64,000 nt of DNA. Origin: Amoebidium appalachense (lineage: Eukaryota; Protista; Ichthyosporea). Every line of letters starts with the position of its first letter. Within the stretch, counting starts at the first letter, position 1. Below the pieces are notes generated by a model that was not told the origin of the DNA, ran no database searches, and worked only from the letters and a program-made list of their open reading frames with translations. This document shows positions 1-12,850 of this stretch, one piece after another. The DNA lies in assembly GCA_963693365.1 (NCBI GenBank), contig CAVNZM010000005.1:9838334-9902333 (forward strand), in the 5' to 3' direction. A program made the translations under genes and the position numbers.

Positions 1-320
1 ATCTGCCTGTTCAAGGCCACGGCAAGCGAGAAGGCCCACCTCGGCCCACTGGTGACCCTGTGGGCTATTATTAGCGCATGTGCAGAGGCCATGGGCCAGG
101 TGTTGCTATTTTTGTACATCATACCCAGGCTGGATAGAACAAAGTAAACGACCCCACCTTCCCCCCCTACCCCCTCATCTCCCCCTTTCTTCCTCCTCCT
201 CCCATCATCAACCCCTCGCACACTTAAGTTATTCCTTCGCTTCCTCCATTCACCCAACCCCTCCACGGTTCCTTCTCCCCCTACTCCCCTCCCCCCCTTC
301 CCCCCCTCTCATCCCCTCTT

Positions 321-351
<31 letters not shown>

Positions 352-569
352 GGGGGGGAGTTGAGGGGAGGGGAGGGGGGCTCGGGATATACCTTACAAG
401 TCACAACCCACATATCGCACAAATATTCATTGAACACAAAAAGAAGAGCTACGGAGCAGCCGTTGTTTTCCAATCGAGAACACACACCCACACACCACTT
501 GCCCGTACATACTCACTTCCTCCCTCCCTCTCTCGTTTTCCTTCTCTCCCTGCCTTCCTCCTCCCAAAC

Positions 570-606
<37 letters not shown>

Positions 607-746
607 CCCGGATCTCTCTTATCTCTTCCTGGCTAGTCTCTCTCACCGTCTGTCGAACATGCACACTGAGGCTCTCTCCCACTTGTCCTCCCCCCCCCCC
701 CCCCCTCCCCTTCCCGGGGCAAAAAGGCAATTGAGAGGGGGGGCCG

Positions 747-778
<32 letters not shown>

Positions 779-3024
779 TGGGGGGGAGCGCACCTGCTCA
801 CCTACCCACCTTCGGGCTGTCTAAAACCAGCTTGATAGACAAAAAATGACAAACCCGAACTGAAAACAAAAAACCATAACTTATACTTAAAATTTTTAAA
901 CTACAGCAGCATCATCGTCTGTGTGGGTGTGCTCCTCCTTCCCGGCCTCAACGACGTCCTGGCACGTGACACACGACCAATAGATCGCACGCTCAATCTC
1001 ATTGGTGCGCTATTTATAGCCGGTGGCCTGGGCGCCTTCCTTTTTTATCTCGAAATGGTGGATTTCTATTGGTTGGTTCCCGTCGCACTTGCCTTATGCG
1101 GAAGCCCGTGGATGATGCGAGAGTATCTGTTCCCGGAGCAGGAGAAGTACCGTTACATGGCGGGATTTATCCACTCTCTCTTCAAAACGGCAATGCTGGT
1201 TGGTTGTGGTGCGTATATGCCCCCCCCCCCCCCCCCCCCCCCCCCTTCTCCCCCCCCCTCGCCTCTCCCCTCCCCCCCCCCCCCCCCCCCCTCACCCCAC
1301 CCACCTGCCCACCCACTCCATGCCCCCCTTCCCCCCAACCCCACCCCTACCCCATCCTTCCCCCACCTGATTCCGTGCAATCCCCTTAACCCTCCCCCCC
1401 TCCTTCCCCACCTCCCCCACTCCCCGCCCGCCGTTTCCCCGGAGCAACCACATATGCATTTTTTTTAATTTAACCACCAATAAGTGGGATCATTAACTTG
1501 CTGTTGCATTCCGCAATCCCAACTCCCCCCTCCCCTTCTGATTCCCGTACCGACTTCTCTATTCCTGGCTCCTGTTCTCCCCTCCCCCCCCCCCCCCCCC
1601 CCCTCCCCCCCCCCCCCCCCCAACGTGTGATCCATGTTCAATCCGATGATATTCCATCCTCTCTCTCTGCATTCAGTTCCAAACGGAGCCATCACAAAAG
1701 ATAACAACTCCCCCCTCCTCCCTCCCCCCGCCCCCCCCCTTCCCCCCAGTCCCTCCCCTTCTCCTCTTCCCCCCTCTCCCTCCCTCCCCCCCACCATCAC
1801 CACCACTCCATTCCCCCCCTCCCCCCTCCCCCTCCCACAAAAAATCCCAAGCGACATGTTCATTCTCTCACGGGTACATTTTGCACCCACAGAGTTAGCC
1901 GTTTGGTGCTACAACCGCCACAATCTGTCCTTCTTATGGGACTATGGATTCCAGAAGCTCGATCCCACCAATCAGATCGGGGCATGTGCCCTGGCGGGTC
2001 TCGCGTGCAGTCTGGGGGGATATCTCTTTGCGTGCTGGTCGTGCGCAATGTGCTTCCAACGAATCGGATTTGCCCTCCCTCTGAACACTGCGACCCCATT
2101 GGCTCTTGGCATCGCTTTTGCATACCATTACCTATATCCGGACAAGGACAGCGCTTTCCCTAATTTGGAAACTAGGGATATCATCTGGAGGGTCACGTGC
2201 TTTATTGCAATGACAATTGGCCAATCGCTGATCACGCGCACGTGCTGGCGCGAGAACAAGTTCCCTGTCCCGTTATGGAAAGGAATGTTCAAACGCGACA
2301 TTTTTCACGCAGTGCTTTTGGAGCAAACCCTCTTAGCCAATCGGAGGGAGAAAACTTTGAAGCTGAAATTACGGAGAAAAGTTACCGTTTTGGGAAGTAA
2401 GAGCGAATCGAGTGGGGTGAATGTCGAAACGGTACAGGCAAATTCGCTTTCTGTGAATTTCGACGGGGAGGAGAAGGTTGTGACGATTCTATTGGCTACC
2501 ACCATGTGGCATGAGACTATGTAAGTCATCAAGAAAAAACCGGATACTTGTTTTGAAATTTCGATAACATATGTTAAACCCCCCATCACATTAGTCGCAG
2601 TTATGCTTGATATTTCGATCAATTGCCAAGTTAACAAACCCCCCTTTCCCACAACACACATACAAACACCAACCTCCCCCCTTCTTACTACTATGAATAG
2701 CACCCCCCCAAAAAAGGCACGAACAAAGATACCCAGAAAAGGGAAAAGGGCAGATTATTTATCGAGTCTTGGGTTGAGGGATAGGAAGAGAAGCTGGAAT
2801 AGTGAAGGAAAACGGGTGAGATGGCTGGGGGGGAGGAGGAGGATGGGAGGAAAGGGGGAGAGGGGGGAGGGGCAAGGGGGGGGGGGGGGGTGGAAAGGGG
2901 AAGGGGAGGGGGGGGATGTAACATGTCGATACAACATCACTAAAAGCTACCTGATCATGATTGGGTCCCAAACACATATATTTACCATGCATATGATGTG
3001 CACAAACCGTGACAAACACTCATG

Positions 3025-3061
<37 letters not shown>

Positions 3062-3087
3062 ACACACACACACACACACGTGTGCCC

Positions 3088-3173
<86 letters not shown>

Positions 3174-4686
3174 ACTCACTCACTGAGACACACACATACA
3201 CACACGTGTACATACACGCACACACACTACACGTACACACGTATACAAACATGTACGCACACACGTACACACGTACACACACACACGTGCAGGCAGGAAA
3301 TGAGCTCTGTGCTCAAGTCATACAACCGCCTCGACAAGGAGACCGGTTGGGACCAACTGGTGAGATTTGAGGCTCACGTCCTATTTGACGATGCGTAAGC
3401 GGCGCCCCCCTCCCCCCATCCCCACCTCCCCGCCCCCCCACACACACACCCCACCCCCTCCCCCTCTCCCCCTCCCTCCCGCCCCTCCTCTATCCCTAAC
3501 CACACCCCCCGCCCCTCCTCCCCTCCCCCATTAAAGCTCGACCCAAACCTTATTCATCCATCACCAAAACCGTCTACGCAAATATTCTTTATGGTTTTCT
3601 TTTCTTCAGAAAGTGTGAATGTGTATAGGGAGAGAAGTGGGGTAGAAAGTAGGGGGGCTGGGGGGGGGGGGGGGGGGGGAAGTACAGGGGGCAGGGGACG
3701 AGGGTGGGGTGGGGTGGGGGGGGGGGGGGAGGCATAGAAAATAACGTGACAAAACTCCATCTCAAAAACCTCATTTTCAAAGCTTCCCTCAAGAACCCCT
3801 TGACGGTTCTTTAAAAAAAAAAAAAATTCATGACCCCGCCCCCTTCCCCCCCCCCTTCCCCCGTTCTCATTCACAATCCATTCTTGAGAAACCTCCCATT
3901 CCCAAAAATCTTACACTCATGAAACCCCCGATTTTCATCACAGGATAACCTCTGAAGGTGAATTCAACGAATACGTGCAACTGTTTCTCTCTCTCATGGA
4001 CAGTGCCAGGGAGGGGGTGTGGGAGACACCCTACGGCACCCAACTGCTTTATCGCATGCCACGGGGTATGGAGGTCTACGTACACCTGAAGGATAGGGCA
4101 AAGATACGAAACAGAAAGAGGTGGTCTCAGGTATATTGGACCCCGCCCTTTCCCCCCTTTTTACCCCTGCCTTTCACCTGCTTTCCTGCCTCCCCCAACC
4201 CCCTTTCCCCCTCTACCCAGCCCTCCCCCTCCCCCCCCCCCCCTTCCCCCCCCCCCCCCCCCCCCTCCGGACGTCCGTCCTCCCTCTTCCTCTCTGCGAC
4301 CACCGTTTCCTTCCCCCCGTATCTTGTTCATTTTGCCTGCATGTTCTTGTTATCGTTTCCCCACCTTCATTGTTCAGTTATTAAGTTGTGTAGGTATTCA
4401 TCCAACCACTCCCATTAAGCAGATTGAAAATCTAGTCGAAATACTCGCATATCGGTAAAACCTTGAGTTTTGTGGCCATAATTCCGAAACCCCCCTTCCC
4501 CCCCCCCCCCCCCCCCCCCCCCCGGTCTCCCCCTCCTCCCATCCATCCTTTCTCCCTATTCTTTCTCATTCCGTCTCAGCATCCCACCTACCCAAGTCTT
4601 ACTTCCCAAGGTTTGGCAGAGAGTTGGCAACATGTGGATGACGAGAGTTATAGTTTGCAACCCCCACACACACACTCACACACCCC

Positions 4687-4720
<34 letters not shown>

Positions 4721-5043
4721 ACCAACTCCTCTTACGAGAAGAAGGAAAGAGTTTCAAAGAAATAAAGAAGAGAAAGGAAGAAAGGAAGAACAGCAACCCC
4801 AATGCACACATTTACAAATATCGACCCCCCCCCCCACCGGACCACTCAAATTTCCGCCATTCGACCCCAGGTGATGTACCTGTTCTACTTCTTGCGCTTC
4901 CGCATGTCCAAAAATGCAAGAACCCCCCTCGATCTAGGGAGCACATTCATTCTCACCACAGACGGGGATGTGCAATTTGATGTGCCCAGCGTGCAGGATC
5001 TACTCATATACATGCAGGTGGGTGGGTGGGTGGGTGGGTGGGT

Positions 5044-5081
<38 letters not shown>

Positions 5082-5324
5082 GGAGGGGGAAGGCGGGGAG
5101 GAGGGGGGGGGGGGAGGACGGTGGGAGGGTGGGTGGTTGAGTTGGTGGGAAGGAGGGTGGGTGGGTGTGTGTGTGGGCGTGTGGGTGGGTGGGTGGGTGG
5201 AGGGGGGGGGGTATGTGGGTGTGTGTTTGCGTGTGTATGTGGGTGGGTGGGAGGAGGTTGGGGGCTGGGGGGGAGGAGGGAGGATGGAGTGAGTGAGTGA
5301 GGGAATGAGTTTGTGTGTGTGTGT

Positions 5325-5364
<40 letters not shown>

Positions 5365-5748
5365 GGGGGGGGGGGGGGGGGGGGAGGCAAAGAAAGGTTA
5401 ATGGGGGGGGGGGGGGGGGGGGGTTGTGTGCAGAGAACTGAGGATTGTTTTTCTTTAAAAAAGTGTCCAGGATTCAACCTTAGCCTTGAAGTTCAGTTTA
5501 TTGATTTGTCAAACAAGATAATGGAATTGCGCATTCAATATGGAAAAGAAAGACCTTAAAACAGGGCATGCATTATGGGTCTTGAGCCCTGAGGGTTAAC
5601 CAACCGCACAGTTGGTTCAAGTGATACGGCTTAAGTAATTCCACTAACGCTCCCCCTCTTCCCCCCCAGCCCTTTTCCCTCCCTCCCCCCCACCCCCACC
5701 CCCACCATTCCCCTAACTCCCCGCCTTCCGCCCTCTCTCCCGTCATAG

Positions 5749-5780
<32 letters not shown>

Positions 5781-7628
5781 ACACATAGTCTCGCCACCAT
5801 CACCCCTCCCCCCTCCCCCCTCCCCCCCTCCTCCTACCTCCCCTCCACCACCACCACCATCACCATCCCCCCAGCCTCCTATTCCCCCCCCCCCCCCCCC
5901 CCCCCCAAAAAAAAATCCCACTCTTTTCCACCACCATCCACCCTTTTCCACACAGCGCAATGAGATTGTTGGAGGTGTATGCGGCCGCGTGCACCCACGC
6001 GGCACCGGAGCCGTGGCGTGGGTGCAGTATTTCGAATACGCCCTTGCTCATTGGCTACAGAAGTCGGCGGAACACGTGCTTGGAAGTGTGTTGTGCATGC
6101 CCGGGGCATTCTCAATGTATCGGGCCAGTGCTTTGGAGGAGGTGATGTACATTTACGCAAAAACACCGACTAGTGCAAGGGAGTTTCTGCAGTTTGATCA
6201 GGTGTGGAAATTTACCCCAACCTCCCCCTCCCCCGCCCCCTGCAGCTACCCCCTCCTTCTCCCCCCCCCCCCCCCCCCCCCCCCCCCCTTCCCCCCCCCC
6301 CATTGTCCCCATTAACCCCCTCCTCGCCCCTCCCCCAAAGATGCACATTCTTGGATTGTACTTTGCGGAATTCGCCCCATTTTTTCCCTGTCGTGAATGT
6401 GTACGTTGCAATCTGTATTTATCTCAACCAGCTCGCCCACCCTCCATCCATCACCCTCGCAACCATCTTGTACACTCAATTTGGGATGTTGTCCTGGCGG
6501 CCAAAAGCGAAACAGTCACTCCGAAACAAACCCGATACAGACCCCTAGACAATACCTCTCGTTTCTTTGTCAACCTGAATACCTGTTACTCTCCACACAT
6601 CCTCCGTCCAGTTTCAGATCATCCCAGCCGTGCGCAAAACAAAAACCACCATTCCAACATACATTCCAACACACATTCCACCACACATTCCAACCCACAT
6701 TCCACCACACAGGGAGAGGATCGTTGGCTCTCCACCCTTCTCCTCCAAAAGGGCTGGCTACTGCAATACAGTGCAAGTGCCGACTGCTACACATTCTGCC
6801 CCGACTCGTTCGATGAATTCTACAACCAAAGGAGACGTTGGGTCACTAGTACTATGGCAAACATTATCGATCTGATATGCACCGCACATAAGGTCACACG
6901 GACGAACATTAGCATCAACTACTTTTTCATCATCTATCAGGTAAGTCCCCCGCCTTCCCCTTCGCACCCTCCCCAACCCCTCCCCCCTACCACCAAATAC
7001 AAAAAAGAGATAAAAGAAGGAAGAAAATATGGATTTAAACGTGGAAGAAAGGAAAGAAAAGAAGGCAATGCCCCCCCTCCCCCCTCCCCCCTCCCCCACC
7101 CTTCCTCCCCTCCCCCCTCATCCCCCCCTCCCTCCCCACCCTCTCTCCCTCTCCAAAAAAAAAAAAAACAACGAGGAAGAAGGAAGAACCTTTGAACTTT
7201 TCATGCTCTCCTGCATCTTCACACCATCACATCTTCAAAACCCTTTCAACCTCCCTCCCCCTACCCCCCCCCTTCCCCTCTCCTCTCTCCCCTCTCCCTC
7301 GCCTTTGAACTTTTCACAAAACCCTACACCTTCACACCATCACACCTTCAAAACCTCTTGAACCCCCCCCCCCCCCCCCCCCCCCTCACCCACCCACCCT
7401 GTTATTCTACCTCCCCTCCTCCCCCCCCCCCTCCCCCCTTTTCCCCCCCTCCCTCCCTCCCCCCTCCCCCCTCCCGCCTCCCGGTGAAAGACACACATGC
7501 AACAGACCAACTGTATTTTCCCGTCATCGTATGCATGCATATCTCCCCTTGCCTCACACACTTACACACACGGGTGCGCACTCACACACGCACGCACGCA
7601 CACGCACGCACGCACACACACACGCACG

Positions 7629-7702
<74 letters not shown>

Positions 7703-8448
7703 CACACGCACGCACGCACACACCAAAAATCCGAAAGAAGTGCAAAACTAAGAATTTAAATGAAGCTAAATTTAAACATTAATTAAACACTATCCTAAAT
7801 CACACAAACACAACAGGCGGTGCTTCTAGCATCCAACATCATAGCCCCCACCACCATCTGCATGACACACACGCACAAAAGAAAAAAAGAAAGAAAGGGA
7901 AAAAAAGGAAAAAAGGAAAACAACCAAAAACGAAAACGAAAAAAGAGCAAAACTAAGAATTAAAATTAAAACTAAAAATCAACAACTAAAATTAAACACA
8001 ACAGGCGGTGCTTCTAGCATCCAACATCATTGCCCCGACAATCGTCTGCATGCTCATGGCATCGTGCTTCACCGACACCAGTGTGTCGTCATGGATGATG
8101 ATTGGACTCACTGTGTGCACATATGTACTGTACGCACTGGTGTGCTACTGCACGCACCAGAGGACCCAGCTCACAACCGCAAAGGTCTACACATTCTTCA
8201 CAAGTTTCTTCATGATCTTTATTATGGTGCGTGGCCCAATTTTGTTTGTTTGTTTGTTTTTTTGTCCTCAATTATCCCCTTGTTGGGGACACACCAGGTT
8301 TCATCTGTGGTAGTTCTCCTTTTCTTTTTTTTGTCCTAAATGTTTTTTAGTGGAAGTTTTCCTGTGTTCCTTCTTATGGAATTTGGCTCTTGCTGTGAAA
8401 GCTGTCCGTTTTCCTTTTTTGGACTCTATCTTTTTATTTGCAATATGC

Positions 8449-8480
<32 letters not shown>

Positions 8481-9214
8481 TACACACATCCACCCACGCA
8501 TCCACCTTCGCCCACACACCCAAATGGTTGCCAATCAAATACCCGCCCTCTCTCTTACTTTCCCCCCCTTCTTCCTTTTACTCCCCTCCCCCCCCGTCCC
8601 CCCCTCCCCCCTCCCCTCCCCCCTCCCCCCCTCCTCCTCCCTCCAGGCCCTCCCCGTCCCCTCCGCCCCCCTCCCCCCAAGGGGTTTACCACTGCCTTTC
8701 TCCCGCCCATTTCCCCTCCTGTCATCTTTTACTCCCTCATATCATCCTTTTCCCTCTTCGAGTTACCTTTTCCCTCTTATAACATCCCCTTGCCATGTCC
8801 GTATTACCGTCACCCTATCCCCCCAATATTCCCCTTTCCCTCTTATATTGCACTTTTCCATTTATAATATCAATCCCCCCGCAAGCCCTCCCCCTGCTCC
8901 TCTGACCCACCATTCGAAACACAACAGATCAGCACAATCCGGGAAATTGCCAAAAATCCGGAAAGTCTCGTTTCGTTGGCCGTGGTGGTGGTGGCGGTGT
9001 GTGTGCTTGTATCTTCTTTCCTCCACCCGAGAGAGATATACAATTTATGTGCCGGGGCTATCTACGTTTTGGCTATCCCGTCCCTATACGTTTTCCTGTT
9101 GATATATTCTTTCGCTCATGTCAACACTGTATCGTGGGGGACGCGTGAGAAATTGACACCTGAGCAGCAGGCGGTATGTCATTGAGCCCTCTCCCCCCCC
9201 CCCCCCTCTCCCTC

Positions 9215-9249
<35 letters not shown>

Positions 9250-10015
9250 CTCTCTCGAGCACCAGTGTTGTCTCCCCCCCACCACCACCACCACCACCAC
9301 CACCACCATTTTTGCACCCTTACATTCATCCTTATTTTTCAGCCTTCTTCAGGTTATACCCCTTTGACATAATGACTATGTAGGAGCAAAGACATGTTCA
9401 CTGTACATAGTACCAAGTTTGTGCTCGCACACACACAAATTGGAAACCGTCTCAAATTCATCAAGTTTTTTTTTTTAAAGTTTTTTTTTGTTATGTTTTT
9501 GTTGAGGTTTCTCTCTCTGTCTACCTCTATATCCATCCCTTTTTTTCCTGTTTGTGTGGGAGGGGAGAAGGGGGAGGGGAGGAAGGGGGAGGGGTTACGA
9601 GGGGAAAACTATATGTTTACAGAGGGGATCATGATTAGCTTTTCAGCTTTTTTCACCCATCTGCAACTTTTGTAAAGACTCTTATAATGACCACAAATCA
9701 TTGGCCGCAAATCACACTCATTTTTTTCCACACGCAGGAAGCAGCCGCAGCCGCCGCCCAGCCCAGCCTGGCTCAGCGTATCCGCAATATTGGGTCAAAC
9801 ATGTTTCGGGCTCGGCCCAACGGGCCAGTGCCGAACCGGCCCGAATACCGACCCCTGGCTGAGAGCATGGACGGAACAGAATCCACCAATAGCATGCTGA
9901 TGTCACAGGCAGTTTGTGACCTCCCCTCCCCCCCCCCTCCCCTCCCCTCTCCCTCCCCCCCCCCCCCCCCCCCCCCACCCCCCACACACACACACCACCC
10001 CTTCATCCCCTCTGC

Positions 10016-10059
<44 letters not shown>

Positions 10060-11274
10060 CCGGTCATCCTTCTTTATTTGCCTTTAGCCTCACACATACT
10101 GTGCTTGCACCAAAATTTTCACACAACCAGTCTCTACCCAGCTCCAGGTAATAACGACTTTCCCTCTTGTATCACTTGTCACTCGCCCTAATAGCCAAGC
10201 CCCTCCACCTTACCCCCCCCCCCCCCCCCCCCCCTCCCTCCCCCCTCCCCTCCCCACCCTCCCCCTCCCCTCCTCCCCCCCCCCCCCCCCCCTCCCCCGG
10301 AAAAAATAGAAGAACAAGAAGAGGAAGAAGAAGGAGAAAAAGGCGGAAAACAGTGTCCTCCTAATACAAGTAGTATTGCAAGGTGAAAGGGAATGAAATT
10401 TGTTAGCCTCAGAGCTCAATTATGGCGGAAAGAGATTAGGTTCGAGACTGGATAGTCGAGTAAGGCTAGGACGAAAGAATGAAAACAAATCACGAGCCGA
10501 GGAAGGTTTCATAGGATAGATGGTAGGAATAGGGTATGGGAAGGCCCAGATATCCCAGGATTCCAAGAATGTGTTTAATGCATGTGTGTGTGTTGGAAGT
10601 GAGGAGAGGGGAAGAGGGGGGGGGGGGGGGGGGGGGACTTTTCAGTCAGTGACGTCCAATCATTTTCTCATCTCCCTCTCGTAATTCCACCAGAGCACAT
10701 GCTGCATGCCCACGGAAACTGTCGAGATTCCGATTTCCGGGGGATCTCTAATGGCCGCGGCCACTGAAGAAGAGGGGTTCCAATCAAATTTACACGAAAG
10801 GTGCACCCCATGTGAGTGGAGGTTTTGGGAGGCCATGCTTGGGACGTATTTGGCCCCTGAGGATGTGACGTCAGAGGAGGTAGCAGAGAGGAATGCAGAG
10901 ATCAAGGAGCAGCTGGACGACTTGAAAAACATAAGTTTGGTAGAGCATCCCCCCCCCCCCAACCCCCCCCCCAAAAAAAAAACAAAAAAAAAAACTTGAA
11001 AACCGAAAAGAAAACAAAGAACATTAATCCAGTCTGGTCCTGCACACCGTGTGTGTTGTTCATGTTTTATTTTCTCTATTATACTGAACCGTGTTCTGGG
11101 AGGTGTTTACTCTGACTCCTCTTTCCTATCCGTACTTCTTATTCCCCCCTCCCCCCTCCCCCCTTCTCCCCCCCCCCCCCCCCCCCGGGTCATGTTTCCA
11201 AGCAGGTTAGAATTTGGGGCTCAAATGGCGCTCACACACATGCATACACCCACGCACCCGCACCCGTACCCGCT

Positions 11275-11359
<85 letters not shown>

Positions 11360-11376
11360 GCGCGTGCGCACACGCA

Positions 11377-11414
<38 letters not shown>

Positions 11415-11426
11415 ACACATACGCAT

Positions 11427-11477
<51 letters not shown>

Positions 11478-11621
11478 ACGCACACACAAAGTGTCACACA
11501 CGTGCGCACACACAAAACACACCCACACACGCACGCACACACACACACACACACACGCACGCACGCACGCACGCACGCACGAACGCACGCACGCATGCAC
11601 GCACGCACGCACGCATGCACG

Positions 11622-11674
<53 letters not shown>

Positions 11675-12048
11675 GCATCCACCAGAGTATAGCATATATA
11701 GCACCACCCGCGAAACCTTCCGGCAGTAATCCAGATCTCTAGCCCCGCCTCTTCAGCCCCATCGATTCATCTATTTCAAAAAAGTTAACTAATTTGAACC
11801 CCCCCCCCCCCCCCCCCCTCCTTGCACGTAATTTCCCAACACAGGGAGGGTGTGTTCTGCTCAACATTGTACTGTCGGCCTTCTACGTGACGCTCCGATT
11901 TTTAGACGATAATTCGACCAACAGTGCAAAAGTGGCCCTGGGGCTTCAGGCGTTATTTGCGCTGCTGATTCTGTTGCAGTTTGTGAGCATGCTGTGGCAT
12001 AGGTGGTGTATGATTATGCATGTCGTTGCTACGGCGAAATTTCAGTAG
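1..12048 (+). CDS. CHS: Chitin synthase (GT2 family, metazoan-type motifs), 5'-partial, 13 exons in window
   Basis: Exons 1-143, 907-1208, 1893-2520, 3293-3394, 3944-4130, 4871-5017, 5956-6201, 6713-6940, 8005-8226, 8928-9173, 9738-9911, 10694-10939, 11845-12048, all GT-AG and phase-consistent (3075 nt). Motifs [78 protein letters not shown]-terminal QFVSMLWHR. The 9911 donor is the least certain. Confidence 0.95.
6650..6709 (+). repeat. 12-bp tandem repeat (CATTCCAACACA-like) x5 next to a splice acceptor
   Basis: cattccaacata cattccaacaca cattccaccaca cattccaaccca cattccaccaca followed by cag|GGAGAGGAT. Confidence 0.85.
7745..7864 (+). repeat. Duplicated 3' splice site plus first 48 nt of CHS exon 9
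   Basis: aaaactaagaatt...acacaacag|GCGGTGCTTCTAGCATCCAACATCAT occurs with exon start 7817 and again at the true exon start 8005. Confidence 0.85.
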
Positions 12049-12092
12049 TTGTGTTGGACCCCCGCCCTCTCCACACACACGCACACACACAC

Positions 12093-12139
<47 letters not shown>

Positions 12140-12850
12140 GTTGCTTGCCATATGAGTACTTGGAGTTGATTTTCGATGATGCGTTCATATACATCACATG
12201 CGCACAGTGAGGGGTGGTTTGGGGTTTGTATACGTATGAAACATTTTTAAATGACTTATGGGACTTCGGGACCCTGCAGTTTTTAACGAATGGTTCAAAA
12301 ACACACATCCACATACTTTTGACAGTAAAATGTCACAGTGAACTGCTATGTACAAGTCTTAGTAGACACTTTTTAGTTTGTGGAAATAATCCACGATCAT
12401 TTGTACATAACATAACAACAGCACAACATAAGTACATAACAACAGCACAACATAAGTACTATGACACATTATTGTCTATAAATCATGAAGCGGCACACAC
12501 CAACATCATGCAATCACCCACGTTGTGTCACCTGTGCTGTAACTCGCACATCCTGACACACTAGGCTACATGTAGACATCAAGGGATCTCAACGTTTTGT
12601 TATGTTTTGTTACAAGAATACATGCTTTGGCTCCATACCCACCTACCTCAGGCTTTTCAAAGTTAATTGGTATTGATACATAGATTCGAGCAGACACACC
12701 TGAGCTGACAATGTCATTGACCACATAGCAAACACACACCTGGAGGGTATCTAGATCCAGATAAACTTGCAAATGATTGCCTTTTTTAGCTTTCCCACCT
12801 TCCCTACAAAAGAAAATCACCTACACTCTTCGGCTGATTAGAGTAATGTT

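Noticed and set aside
9906-9917. Possible GC donor CAG|GCAGTT in CHS
   Set aside because: An in-phase canonical GT donor (GCA|GTTTGT) lies 3 nt downstream
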